NCBI GenBank assembly: GCA_026397045.1
Contig: JAPLVO010000010.1
Span: 15,858 to 79,857, forward strand
Length of the DNA stretch: 64,000 bases
Direction: 5' to 3'
Source: Patescibacteria group bacterium
Lineage (GTDB): Bacteria; Patescibacteriota; Saccharimonadia; CAILAD01; BJGX01
Both the position numbers and the translations under genes were made by a program. Below the pieces are notes generated by a model. It saw only the letters and a list, made by a program, of their open reading frames with translations. It did not search any database and was not told where the DNA came from. Positions 30,161-39,468 of this stretch are shown here, one piece after another. Numbering within the stretch: position 1 is the stretch's first letter; each line of letters opens with the position of its first letter.

Positions 30161-31038
30161 TGGGCTGCTCCTTCGTAGTATTCATCGAATATATCTTCGA
30201 GCTTAACATCTGAAATTCTTAAATATTCCAGCTTATATTTAGATAGGTAATAGATGAGTTCATTGACATTGCCTTTATAGGCAAAGGTGATGGCGCCGGT
30301 GCCTATCGAGCCATGTTTAATATTGTGCTTTTGAAGGAACCCAGGGTTGAGCTTTTGTTTTGTTTTGATAGTGATTTGTACGCCATTAGCATCGATTATC
30401 TTTTTGACATTGTCCTTTTTAATAATTTTCCCCTCACGGATAATAGCGATATTCTTACAATATGTTTGGACTTCTTCTAGGTTGTGACTAGAGAAAAATA
30501 TAGTCGTGCCCAGCTTGTTTAGTCTTATAAGTTCAGCAAATAGAGCCTTTTGCATTATAGGATCTAGACTATTGGAGACTTCATCGAAGACAAGTAGCTT
30601 GGGTTTGTTCATCAGTGCGCAAACTATCGATACTTTCTTTTTGTTGCCAAGAGAAAGTTCAGATATTTTTTTTCTATCATCTACAAGGAACATTGTTTTG
30701 AGTTCATTAAGATAGCCCTGATCTATCTCATCGAAAAATCTACCAAAATAGTTTATTTGATCTTTAACCCTCAGGTTTTCGTACAGATTGGCTTCGCCCG
30801 GAACATAACCGATGTTCGCCTGAAATTTATTTTGTTTAATATCTTTACCGAATAACTTAATTTCCCCATCGTATGGGTTTAGCAGATTAAGCATAGTTTT
30901 TATAGTGGTAGTTTTTCCGGCACCATTAGGTCCGATGAAACCAAAGAAATCTCCATAGCTGATATCCAGATTAATATTATCTACGGCGGTTAGTTTGCCG
31001 TATTTCTTGCTGAATTGATTGATGCTGATAGCTTTCAT
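30157..31038 (-). CDS. ABC transporter ATP-binding protein
   Basis: Walker A GPNGAGKTT, the ABC signature LSLGNKKK, and Walker B LLVFDE. Confidence 0.8.
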   Translation of the reverse strand: MKAISINQFSKKYGKLTAVDNINLDISYGDFFGFIGPNGAGKTTTIKTMLNLLNPYDGEIKLFGKDIKQNKFQANIGYVPGEANLYENLRVKDQINYFGRFFDEIDQGYLNELKTMFLVDDRKKISELSLGNKKKVSIVCALMNKPKLLVFDEVSNSLDPIMQKALFAELIRLNKLGTTIFFSSHNLEEVQTYCKNIAIIREGKIIKKDNVKKIIDANGVQITIKTKQKLNPGFLQKHNIKHGSIGTGAITFAYKGNVNELIYYLSKYKLEYLRISDVKLEDIFDEYYEGAAQ

Positions 31039-31135
31039 ATTTATTAACCTTAAGTATTATATTAACATGCCAGGGTAGTTAAAATAACATAAGCCCTCCA
31101 AATAAAAAACTCCCTAAAAGGAGTTCTTTATTTGG

Positions 31136-31209
31136 AGGGCCCAGTGAGACTCGAACTCACGACATGCTGCTTAAAAGGCAGCCGCTCTAACCAACTGAGC
31201 TATGGGCCC
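31136..31209 (-). tRNA. tRNA-Lys (anticodon TTT). CCA is encoded at 31133-31135.
   Basis: Reverse complement: gggcccatagctcagttggttagagcggctgcctTTTaagcagcatgtcgtgagttcgagtctcactgggccc-t-cca. Confidence 0.8.
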
Positions 31210-31577
31210 TCGTCGAACTATTGCTTAAGTTTATGTAAAATTAGTATAAACTAATTTACTTCAACCACCGCAACAGTTCTCCTCTCGATGTAACAAACAG
31301 AATTTAAGGTCTTGGTTTGTTCCATCGTAGAAAAGGTAAACCTTCAAAAGCTTGCACCAGCGCTTTATTTCTCGTCTCGATTTACGAAACAGACTTGGGG
31401 TCTTGGTTTCATAAATCGTTTAAGAAAAATAATCTAAAAAAAGTTTAGGAGCGTATATTTTAAGCTATTATGTATCTTTTATAACCTCAACATTATAAGT
31501 TTTATGTAATAATAAATCAATATCTGTACAGCCCTCATGCTTGGCCGCAACGAGCTTAAGCCGATAGAGTAGAGATT

Positions 31578-33008
31578 ATGCGAAGGCCAACTATAATAAT
31601 ATTATCCTGCATGAGCTTCATAGCTGGAACTATAGTTGGCTATAATTTTTTGTTCAGCCCTAACTTTTGGTGGACTGTATTCTGTATCTTTTCTGCGTTG
31701 GCCAGTCTGCTATTGTCGCGCAGATTAAAGTTTATACCGATTGTCCTATGCGGCGCTGTTCTGGGGCTGGCAATCATAACATATCAGCAAAACTATATAT
31801 CGCAATATGGCCTTTCGGGGTCGACCTACAAAAAGCTAGAGATTTCAGGGGATGTTAAGGGCGACCCCTATTGGGACAAAGATAGAAATTATGTTTTTAC
31901 ATTAACAAATCTTAATGTCGATGGATCTAGTAGGGTGGGCGATGTACGTATAAAAACATTTTCATCGGCCGTAAAAGAGGGCTATAGGGTAACGGTGGTC
32001 GGTAAGATATTCCCGATTATGGCTAAGCCAGGCTATCAAATAAGTTATGGCACAGTAAAGATCGCATCATTTAATCAGCCAGTAATGGTGATGGCCAAGC
32101 AGTTGTTCTATTCTGGGATAGATAGATCTCTCGAGGAATCCCCAGCCGGCTTTCTCAAGGGTATCCTAGTTGGAGCTAGGAGCTCATTGCCTCTACCCCT
32201 ACAGCAAACATTAAATGAAGTAGGCCTCTCGCATATTGTTGCGGTATCTGGGTATAACCTAACAATATTGGTGGTAATTCTCCAAAGACTATTAAAAAAG
32301 CGCTGGCTTTGGGCGAGCTTAATAATATCGCTCGCACTTGTCTGGAGCTTTACGATTCTAACAGGAGCCTCAGCTTCTATTTTGCGAGCTGCAGTAATGG
32401 CCACAGTGTTTTTGATAGCCAGCTACTATGGCCGGCCGTTGAGTGTTTTTACATGTATAAGTATTACCGCGGCTATAACATTATTAATTAATCCATCCTC
32501 TGCGGTAGAGGACATAGGCTGGCAATTATCATTTTTATCACTCACCGGGATAGTGGTACTGGCCCCAATTATAACTACCATACTTCCCAAAAAGACCCCA
32601 TTACTTAGCGATCTTGTGGCTGTTACTTTTGCCGCTCAAATTGCTACCGTTCCGTATTTACTATACTTATTCGGTAGCTACTCTATTGCCTCAATTATAT
32701 CTAATATGGTACTAATGCCCATCATTCCGCTAATGATGTTGGCCGGCTTTCTTATCGCTATTGTGGGTATACTAGCCCCTAGCTGGGGGTATATATTGGC
32801 GAGTCCACTGGCAAAGCTGATAAGTATTATCTTCGATTTCTTACAATATTTACAGTCTCAAAAGGGGTTAATAGTGGTTGTAAGACCGCAGACCTATGTA
32901 TTAGTTATATGGTACCTACTTATTTGTATACTTGGGGCTATAGTCTATCACCACAATCTCGATACCAGCCTTGCATCTTTCCAAATGCCAGATCGCTTGG
33001 TAAAATAA
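31578..33008 (+). CDS. comEC: Competence protein ComEC/Rec2 family: membrane channel domain only, with no metallo-beta-lactamase domain
   Basis: DUF4131-like N-terminus with OB-fold region. Competence-domain motif GLSHIVAVSGYNLTILV. Multi-pass TM. 476 aa. Confidence 0.6.
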   Translation: MRRPTIIILSCMSFIAGTIVGYNFLFSPNFWWTVFCIFSALASLLLSRRLKFIPIVLCGAVLGLAIITYQQNYISQYGLSGSTYKKLEISGDVKGDPYWDKDRNYVFTLTNLNVDGSSRVGDVRIKTFSSAVKEGYRVTVVGKIFPIMAKPGYQISYGTVKIASFNQPVMVMAKQLFYSGIDRSLEESPAGFLKGILVGARSSLPLPLQQTLNEVGLSHIVAVSGYNLTILVVILQRLLKKRWLWASLIISLALVWSFTILTGASASILRAAVMATVFLIASYYGRPLSVFTCISITAAITLLINPSSAVEDIGWQLSFLSLTGIVVLAPIITTILPKKTPLLSDLVAVTFAAQIATVPYLLYLFGSYSIASIISNMVLMPIIPLMMLAGFLIAIVGILAPSWGYILASPLAKLISIIFDFLQYLQSQKGLIVVVRPQTYVLVIWYLLICILGAIVYHHNLDTSLASFQMPDRLVK

Positions 33009-33041
33009 CACCATTCTAATCTGTTAACAGAAAGGCTTACA

Positions 33042-33779
33042 ATGTCAGGACATAGCAAATGGGCCAGCATTAAACATAAAAAGGGTGCTACAGATGCAAA
33101 GCGCGGTAAGATTTTTACTAAAATGGCTGCCGAAATCGCACTTGCCGCACAGGGTGGCGCTGATCCTACGATGAACTTCAAGCTTAGGTTGGCTATTCAG
33201 AAGGCCAAGTCTGCGAATGTTCCGGCCGGCAATATCGAGCGGGCAATTGCCAAGGGTAGCGGGCAGGGTGGGGCCGCCAAGCTAGAGGAACTGTTGTATG
33301 AGGGGTACGGACCAGCCGGCGTGGCGATTATGGTTAAGGCTCTAACTGATAATCATAACCGCACCGGACCAGATGTTAAATCGACCTTCACCAAGCACGG
33401 TGGCAATCTTGGCTCGCAGGGCTCAGTGGCTTATATGTTTGAGCAAAAAGGTGTAATCGTATGCAGGCCAAATATCGACAATGACAGTGCAGAGCTCAGC
33501 GCAATCGATGCCGGCGCCGATGATATCGACGATAGCGGCGATCAGCTCGTGGTGCTAACTTCGCCAGGCAAGCTCGAGGCGGTGCGTGATGCAATCGGCG
33601 AAGACAATGTTGAGAGTGCTGAAGTACAGCAAACACCCAGCCAGAGCGTGATGGTCGACGACGAGTCTAAGGCCAAGACTCTACTAAACCTCATAGACTC
33701 ACTCGAGGATCTAGACGATGTGATAGAGGTTACAGGCAATTTTGACATTCCCGAAGACATATTGAATAAATTGCAATGA
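33042..33779 (+). CDS. yebC: YebC/PmpR family DNA-binding transcriptional regulator
   Basis: MSGHSKWASIKHKKGATDAKRGKIFTKMAAEI is the family hallmark. Confidence 0.85.
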   Translation: MSGHSKWASIKHKKGATDAKRGKIFTKMAAEIALAAQGGADPTMNFKLRLAIQKAKSANVPAGNIERAIAKGSGQGGAAKLEELLYEGYGPAGVAIMVKALTDNHNRTGPDVKSTFTKHGGNLGSQGSVAYMFEQKGVIVCRPNIDNDSAELSAIDAGADDIDDSGDQLVVLTSPGKLEAVRDAIGEDNVESAEVQQTPSQSVMVDDESKAKTLLNLIDSLEDLDDVIEVTGNFDIPEDILNKLQ

Positions 33780-34246
33780 AGATTTTAGGTGTGGACCCGG
33801 GTACTGCGACAACCGGCTTTGGTCTAATAAACAAGGTCGGCCATAAGCTCAGCTTACTAGATTGTGGGGTAATTTTGACTTCTAAGGATTTAGAAATGCC
33901 GAACCGACTTAAGATAATATATGATGACCTAGCTCAGCTAGTGGCTCATCATAAACCCGATGCGATAGCGGTTGAGAAATTATTTTTTACAAATAATATC
34001 ACTACAGCTATGACCGTAAGCCAAGCTAGAGGCATAATATTGCTCGTTGCCTCTCAAAATAATGTGCCAATCGCCGAATACACCCCCCTGCAAGTCAAGA
34101 TGTCGGCCACTGGATATGGTAAGGCGACAAAAAAACAAGTCCAGGAAATGGTAAAAAAAATTCTTAAACTTAATGTTATCCCGAAGCCCGATGATGCAGC
34201 AGATGCCATAGCAATTGCAATTTGCCATGGGGCAAATATAGCTTGA
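33776..34246 (+). CDS. ruvC: Crossover junction endodeoxyribonuclease RuvC
   Basis: ILGVDPGTATTGFGL, AVEKLFF and a C-terminal DAADAIAIAICH motif. A 4-nt overlap with yebC matches the conserved yebC-ruvC pairing. Confidence 0.85.
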   Translation: MKILGVDPGTATTGFGLINKVGHKLSLLDCGVILTSKDLEMPNRLKIIYDDLAQLVAHHKPDAIAVEKLFFTNNITTAMTVSQARGIILLVASQNNVPIAEYTPLQVKMSATGYGKATKKQVQEMVKKILKLNVIPKPDDAADAIAIAICHGANIA

Positions 34247-34277
34247 CCATCTTGGGTCTCTACATCATACTTAGCAC

Positions 34278-34727
34278 ATGGACGCAATTACTATTTTTGG
34301 GACACTCTCACTATTTATACCCTTTGCCCTTATAGCCTTAATCGTATATTTGGCAGTTAATTTTTCTAAGCCCAATTTCTCTTTACTACGCAATATGATC
34401 ATCACCACCACCATACTGTCCGCACTATTTAGCGGCGTTACAGCCTTTTATTATTTTCCAACAGAAGTACTAGGCTCTACAGAAGGTTCTCTTAGCTTTG
34501 GTATAAGAGTTGCTTTCGGGGTGGCAGTTATAATATCAGGCCTGTTCTTGAGAAATGGCATACAGAAGTATTTCTTACTGGTATTTGGCCTCATACTGTT
34601 GGCTCTGCAGGCGCCATACATATTTGATAATTTTGGCACTTTGGGCGCATTATTTGTTGTGATAATGGCATTTGTAGCCTTAACTGGGGTGACGGTATGG
34701 CTTACAATGAGGCCAAAACATGAATAG
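34278..34727 (+). CDS. Hypothetical membrane protein
   Basis: 149 aa with 4 TM helices. Confidence 0.3.
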   Translation: MDAITIFGTLSLFIPFALIALIVYLAVNFSKPNFSLLRNMIITTTILSALFSGVTAFYYFPTEVLGSTEGSLSFGIRVAFGVAVIISGLFLRNGIQKYFLLVFGLILLALQAPYIFDNFGTLGALFVVIMAFVALTGVTVWLTMRPKHE

Positions 34728-35409
34728 ATTCGTCAAAATTATTCTTGCCATCGCTATAGGCATTATGTACCCAGTACTAATATTCACCCTATCTTTAAAT
34801 CTTTTCCCGGACATAAAGCCGCAACCTAACAGTGCCAATGATAATACATTCCAGGATACATTCGAGGAATGCGATGCCATACGCCGGGTTGAAAACGCAC
34901 CCAAAAATAATTATAAATATAATAGCGATGAATACGATAATTGCATTAGAGTCGGAGACGAAAAGCGTGATGCCCTCGTCAAGGCCGAAAACGCGCTCAA
35001 AAATAATGTGGTAATAAATAGGATTAACCTCGCTCTTGTATCAGCCTTGATAGGCTTTACTTTGGTTATTGTCCTGAGCTCAGTTTCACCGTTAGCCGCT
35101 GGTATGTCTGGTGGATCGATGATGATTATAATTATATCCACGGGCCTTGCATTAAGTGTAAAATCAAATGGTAATCTTGGCCCTCTACCGGTCGCATTGT
35201 TTACCACCTGCTTTGCTTTCCTAGTTGTAGTTTTGTTTATGATAGATACCAAGTTTCCCAGGCTCAATAAACCCGAGGCGAGCAAAGATATGAACAACAC
35301 AGCACCGTATGCCAATCAAAGCCCGGCTGATTCCCCGCAGGTAAGTAGCAGTACAACTCATGAGCTAAAAGAGACTATAATTCCTCCAGAAAAACCCGAA
35401 GCCAAATAG
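34720..35409 (+). CDS. Hypothetical membrane protein
   Basis: 229 aa with an N-terminal TM, 3 central TM helices and a Pro/Ser-rich tail. Confidence 0.3.
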   Translation: MNRFVKIILAIAIGIMYPVLIFTLSLNLFPDIKPQPNSANDNTFQDTFEECDAIRRVENAPKNNYKYNSDEYDNCIRVGDEKRDALVKAENALKNNVVINRINLALVSALIGFTLVIVLSSVSPLAAGMSGGSMMIIIISTGLALSVKSNGNLGPLPVALFTTCFAFLVVVLFMIDTKFPRLNKPEASKDMNNTAPYANQSPADSPQVSSSTTHELKETIIPPEKPEAK

Positions 35410-35484
35410 GCTACCCGTGCCTTGTTGAAATTATCTACCAAAATATGTTCGGCATATGTTTAATCTACTGTTATAATTATCGGT

Positions 35485-36042
35485 ATGATAGCCAAAATAA
35501 CAGGTGAAGTAGAAGATAAATTGCCCCAAGGTGTTGTCGTCGGAGTCGGCGGAATAGGCTATGAAGTTGTGGTACCGAGTAACTATTTGTTGGGGATATC
35601 TATAGGGGATAGAGTTAGCTTCCATATCGCCGAGAATATCAAAGAAGATGAATACACTTTATTCGGCTTTCCCGATATATCTTCAAAAACAATATACTAT
35701 AAGCTCAGGAGCGTAAACGGTATTGGGCCAAAGGCGGCAATTGCAATATTGTCGGCCAACAATGCTCAGCAAATACAAGATGCAATTATTAAGGACGATA
35801 TCATGGTGTTTAGTAGTGTAGCAGGTGTAGGCAAAAAAACTGCCCAGAGAATAATCCTAGAATTAAAGGGCAAATTAGTGGAGGCCGAAACTTCTGGATC
35901 AAACCCTGAAGATCAGGCATATCTTGCCCTCATAAGCCTAGGTTTTTCCGCTAAAGACGCCAGTACTGCGCTAAGAGGTGTGAACACAGAATTATCTACC
36001 CAGGATAGGATTAAACTAGCCCTAAAAGGTGCAACAAAGTGA
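35485..36042 (+). CDS. ruvA: Holliday junction DNA helicase RuvA
   Basis: MIAKITGEV start. HhH motifs (LRSVNGIGPKAAIAIL, VAGVGKKTAQRIILEL). Confidence 0.8.
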   Translation: MIAKITGEVEDKLPQGVVVGVGGIGYEVVVPSNYLLGISIGDRVSFHIAENIKEDEYTLFGFPDISSKTIYYKLRSVNGIGPKAAIAILSANNAQQIQDAIIKDDIMVFSSVAGVGKKTAQRIILELKGKLVEAETSGSNPEDQAYLALISLGFSAKDASTALRGVNTELSTQDRIKLALKGATK

Positions 36043-37058
36043 TAGAGCGCCAAGAACAGCTCGCCCACCCTGCCAAAGAAGTTGCCCAGGAAGCTGTGTT
36101 CGAGTTATCCCTGAGGCCTAAAACATTCCAACAGTACATTGGGCAAGAACAGATTAAAAAAGCTCTTAAAGTGGCTATTGAGGCTACAAAAAAGCGTAAT
36201 GAAGCGCTCGACCATATTTTGCTATACGGGCCACCCGGGCTAGGCAAAACTACCCTTGCTCATGTTATCGCCAACGAGCTTGATGGTAATTTGAGGGTAA
36301 CGAGTGGACCCGCTGTAGAAAAAGCCGCCGATCTAGCATCCCTACTCACTAGCCTGGAGGATGGAGATATATTATTCATCGATGAGATACATCGGCTCCC
36401 CAGGAATGTAGAAGAGATTCTATACTCTGCGATGGAGGATTATGTTATAGATATAATGCTAGGAAAAGGCCCTTCAGCTCAAAACCTACGCCTTGATCTG
36501 CCCAAATTCACTCTGATTGGCGCTACCACACGCTATGGAGCATTATCATCGCCGTTGCGCGATAGGTTTGGTATTGTTAATAGGCTTAACTATTATCTGG
36601 AGGAGGAAATAGAGGAAATTATCGCTCGCTCTGCGAAGTTAATGGATATACAGATCGGCAATGATGCCCTGGCAAAGATGTCTCGTCGTTCAAGGCTAAC
36701 TCCCAGAATAGCCAATCGGCTTCTAAAGCGCGTGAGGGATTGGGCTCAAGTACACGGCGATAATACTATAAATACCCTGGCGCTAGAAGGCACACTGGCT
36801 ATTCTCGAGATAGACAGCAAGGGTCTCGATCAGTCTGATCGGCGGATATTAGACACAGTTATTAGTAAATACTCGGGTGGTCCGGTTGGGGTCAGCGCTA
36901 TAGCTGCCGCTTCTGGAGAAGAGCGCCAAACTATTGAGGATGTTAATGAGCCCTATTTGATACAGCTTGGATTCCTGGAGAGAACTAGCCGAGGCCGCAA
37001 GGTCACGAAGAGTGGCTATTTGCACCTTGGGCTGGAGCCCCCAGAAGATACTTCATAA
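36039..37058 (+). CDS. ruvB: Holliday junction DNA helicase RuvB
   Basis: LRPKTFQQYIGQE, the Walker A motif GPPGLGKTTLA, and ILFIDEIHRL. Confidence 0.9.
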   Translation: MIERQEQLAHPAKEVAQEAVFELSLRPKTFQQYIGQEQIKKALKVAIEATKKRNEALDHILLYGPPGLGKTTLAHVIANELDGNLRVTSGPAVEKAADLASLLTSLEDGDILFIDEIHRLPRNVEEILYSAMEDYVIDIMLGKGPSAQNLRLDLPKFTLIGATTRYGALSSPLRDRFGIVNRLNYYLEEEIEEIIARSAKLMDIQIGNDALAKMSRRSRLTPRIANRLLKRVRDWAQVHGDNTINTLALEGTLAILEIDSKGLDQSDRRILDTVISKYSGGPVGVSAIAAASGEERQTIEDVNEPYLIQLGFLERTSRGRKVTKSGYLHLGLEPPEDTS

Positions 37059-37086
37059 GATGAGCTTATTAGGATAAAATATTAGT

Positions 37087-37659
37087 ATGAAACAAATGAT
37101 TCCAAATAAAATAACTTATCCTGGCCAGCCAGAAGGGGAGATTACCCAAAGGGTGGTGTATAAAAGCATTATGACTATTGGGCCAATACTGGCCGCTATG
37201 GCCCTAGTATTATTGGGGTATATAGTAGTCGTAATAGCTTACGATAAGAACTCAGCCCAGATAAATGCCATTATACCTAAGGGCTTTATTAGCGTCCTAG
37301 GCTTTTTACTAATTGGGTCTGTAGTATTTTTACTACTTGGAACGGTCTGGATTTGGCGTCGTAATAAGATAATTATAACCAACTCTCATGTTGTAGATAT
37401 GGATCAAATTGGGCTTTTTAATATGTCTCTATCGACTCTGAGCCTATATGAGATACAAGATATCAAGTCTAGTATCAAAGGGCCCATCCAGACATTTCTA
37501 AATTATGGAACTGTTGTGATCCAGACTGCTGGAGAGACAGAGAATTTTGTATTCGATTTTATAGCAGATCCAAATGAACTAAAGCAGTATATCTTGTCGG
37601 CTCGAAAAATATTCTACTCTTCTAAGGCCGTCCAGAAATCCACCAATACAATAGTTTAA
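37087..37659 (+). CDS. Hypothetical membrane protein (two TM helices followed by a PH-like/YdbT-like domain)
   Basis: ORF of 190 aa. The topology is reminiscent of bacterial PH-domain membrane proteins. This is weak. Confidence 0.3.
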   Translation: MKQMIPNKITYPGQPEGEITQRVVYKSIMTIGPILAAMALVLLGYIVVVIAYDKNSAQINAIIPKGFISVLGFLLIGSVVFLLLGTVWIWRRNKIIITNSHVVDMDQIGLFNMSLSTLSLYEIQDIKSSIKGPIQTFLNYGTVVIQTAGETENFVFDFIADPNELKQYILSARKIFYSSKAVQKSTNTIV

Positions 37660-38087
37660 TTTGTGCTAGTGACTCTATAAATACCCTTAGCCTGGTCACT
37701 ACCTAAAGTCTTGAGGTCTTTATCATTTTTGTTCTCTAGTTCGGCGTCTAGATAGAAGCTACTAGGGGGAGTGCCACTAACCACATAAATGTAGTCATTC
37801 CCTGATTTTGGGTCTTTGGGCAGTTTCTTGATAAATGGCACAGCGCCACTTTCTAGCTCTGCAAGAGTTGCTGGGTATGAGCCCTTTTCAGTGTAGTAGT
37901 TTTCTAATGAAGACTTGATTACCCTCAAATCGCTCTTGCGTGAAGAATCGCGAGCCCTAGATGGCCCGCTAACTAGCCCTGGTACTATAAGAACCGCAAA
38001 AAACCCAACCACAATAGCCACAACCACTACATCTAATATCGTGAAGCCAGCCGGCTTATTTGAGAATCTTTGTTTCAATGAAAACAT
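37656..38087 (-). CDS. Type IV pilin-like protein (prepilin-type N-terminal cleavage/methylation domain)
   Basis: KPAGFTILDVVVVAIVVGFFAVLIVP shows a G-F-T-I-L class III signal with a hydrophobic helix, except that Asp replaces the usual Glu at +5. 143 aa. Confidence 0.5.
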   Translation of the reverse strand: MFSLKQRFSNKPAGFTILDVVVVAIVVGFFAVLIVPGLVSGPSRARDSSRKSDLRVIKSSLENYYTEKGSYPATLAELESGAVPFIKKLPKDPKSGNDYIYVVSGTPPSSFYLDAELENKNDKDLKTLGSDQAKGIYRVTSTN

Positions 38088-38184
38088 GATACAGCTATTG
38101 TATAACCCTTATGATTTATAGGTCAATAGCAGTTTTATTTTTGCTATGCTTTACATTTTACTTTGATAGACCTATCATGTCGCC

Positions 38185-39468
38185 ATGAAGCATATAATAA
38201 TATCATTGATAGTAGTTATGACGGTAGTTGTAATGATGCCATCTAGAGCTCTATCAGCCTCTAAGCCAGTACTGATTAGTGAGGTTCAGACTGGCTCTTT
38301 GATATCCGCAGGGGAAGAGTTCATCGAGATTTTCAATAGTAGCACCTCAGCCATAGATGTAACTGGCTGGAGCCTTTATTACCGATCGGCTACCGGCGTT
38401 GTATGGTCCAAGAAAGGTACTATAGCGTCTGGCAGTGTAGATCCTGGAGATTTTTGGGTCTTGGCGGCCAACACTGTGGGTAATAGCCCGTTTACTAGCG
38501 GCCTAGCACAAAGTGGGGGTAGTATTGAGCTTAGGGACAAACAAGGCGCAGCAGTGGATCAGTTTGGCTGGGGTACGGCAAATACTGCACTTATAACTCC
38601 CGGAAGTGAATCGAAGCCTGGCGAGAGCATGTATCGTTTGTATGATTTTGGCTTAAAGGAAATGGTAAATAGTGATAATAATTTCGCTGATTTTGATATA
38701 TCTAATTCCCCAACACCTGGCATGGCTCCAGCTCAGGAAATAATAGAAGTAGAGGAGCCAGTACAAACATACCCTAACTTAGAGCTAAGCGAACTATTCC
38801 CTGATCCAGTCTCACCTTTAAGTGATGCGAGCGATGAGTTTATCGAGATATACAACCCCACAGCAGAGGCCGTAGATCTTTCGGGCTGGAAACTAAGAGA
38901 TGAATCGGGGGGAGAATACTTAATAAAAGGCAAGACAATCCTGGCATATGGCAGGATAGCAATAATGTCGAGCGAATCAAAGATTACACTTAACAATACA
39001 GGGGACATAATACTTCTGATCGACCCTAACGATAAAGTGGCTGATGAATCTAGCAATTATGGAGCAGCTGAAGAAGGCTTAGGCTGGACAAAGCAAGCTG
39101 GACAATGGCAGTGGAGCATCAGCCCGACTCCTGGTGCAGCTAATTCCGCCATATATATAGATAGCTCTCTTAGCCCCGCCTCATCTGTTGCAAACATTAA
39201 GAAGTCATCAACCAAAAAACCGTCTTCAAAAACTATAACCAAAGCCAAGGCCAAAGCCAAAGCTAAGACCAAGATAAGCAAATTGAAGGCATCACCAAAT
39301 AGTAGCTCCAATCCAGCGTCGTACCCTACCGATGCTAATAAAACGCCAGCTTCAGGTTTGTGGCCCTGGTTGCTTGTATCGCTAGGAATCGCTACCATAG
39401 GTTATGGAATATATGAATACAGAACAGAAATTCAGCTTCAATTCAAAAAACTTAGATCAAAGTTTTAA
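38185..39468 (+). CDS. Secreted protein with two lamin-tail domains, a (KA)n repeat and a C-terminal TM anchor
   Basis: Signal peptide. LISEVQTGS...EEFIEIFNSSTSAIDVTGWSL and ELSELFPDP...DEFIEIYNPTAEAVDLSGWKL match the lamin-tail-domain pattern. KAKAKAKAKTK. C-terminal hydrophobic segment. Confidence 0.5.
   Translation: MKHIIISLIVVMTVVVMMPSRALSASKPVLISEVQTGSLISAGEEFIEIFNSSTSAIDVTGWSLYYRSATGVVWSKKGTIASGSVDPGDFWVLAANTVGNSPFTSGLAQSGGSIELRDKQGAAVDQFGWGTANTALITPGSESKPGESMYRLYDFGLKEMVNSDNNFADFDISNSPTPGMAPAQEIIEVEEPVQTYPNLELSELFPDPVSPLSDASDEFIEIYNPTAEAVDLSGWKLRDESGGEYLIKGKTILAYGRIAIMSSESKITLNNTGDIILLIDPNDKVADESSNYGAAEEGLGWTKQAGQWQWSISPTPGAANSAIYIDSSLSPASSVANIKKSSTKKPSSKTITKAKAKAKAKTKISKLKASPNSSSNPASYPTDANKTPASGLWPWLLVSLGIATIGYGIYEYRTEIQLQFKKLRSKF

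Noticed and set aside
39190-39290. aaagccaag/aaagctaag short repeats
   Set aside because: These encode the KAKAKAKAKTK linker inside the lamin-tail-domain protein. It is an in-frame low-complexity repeat of minor interest.
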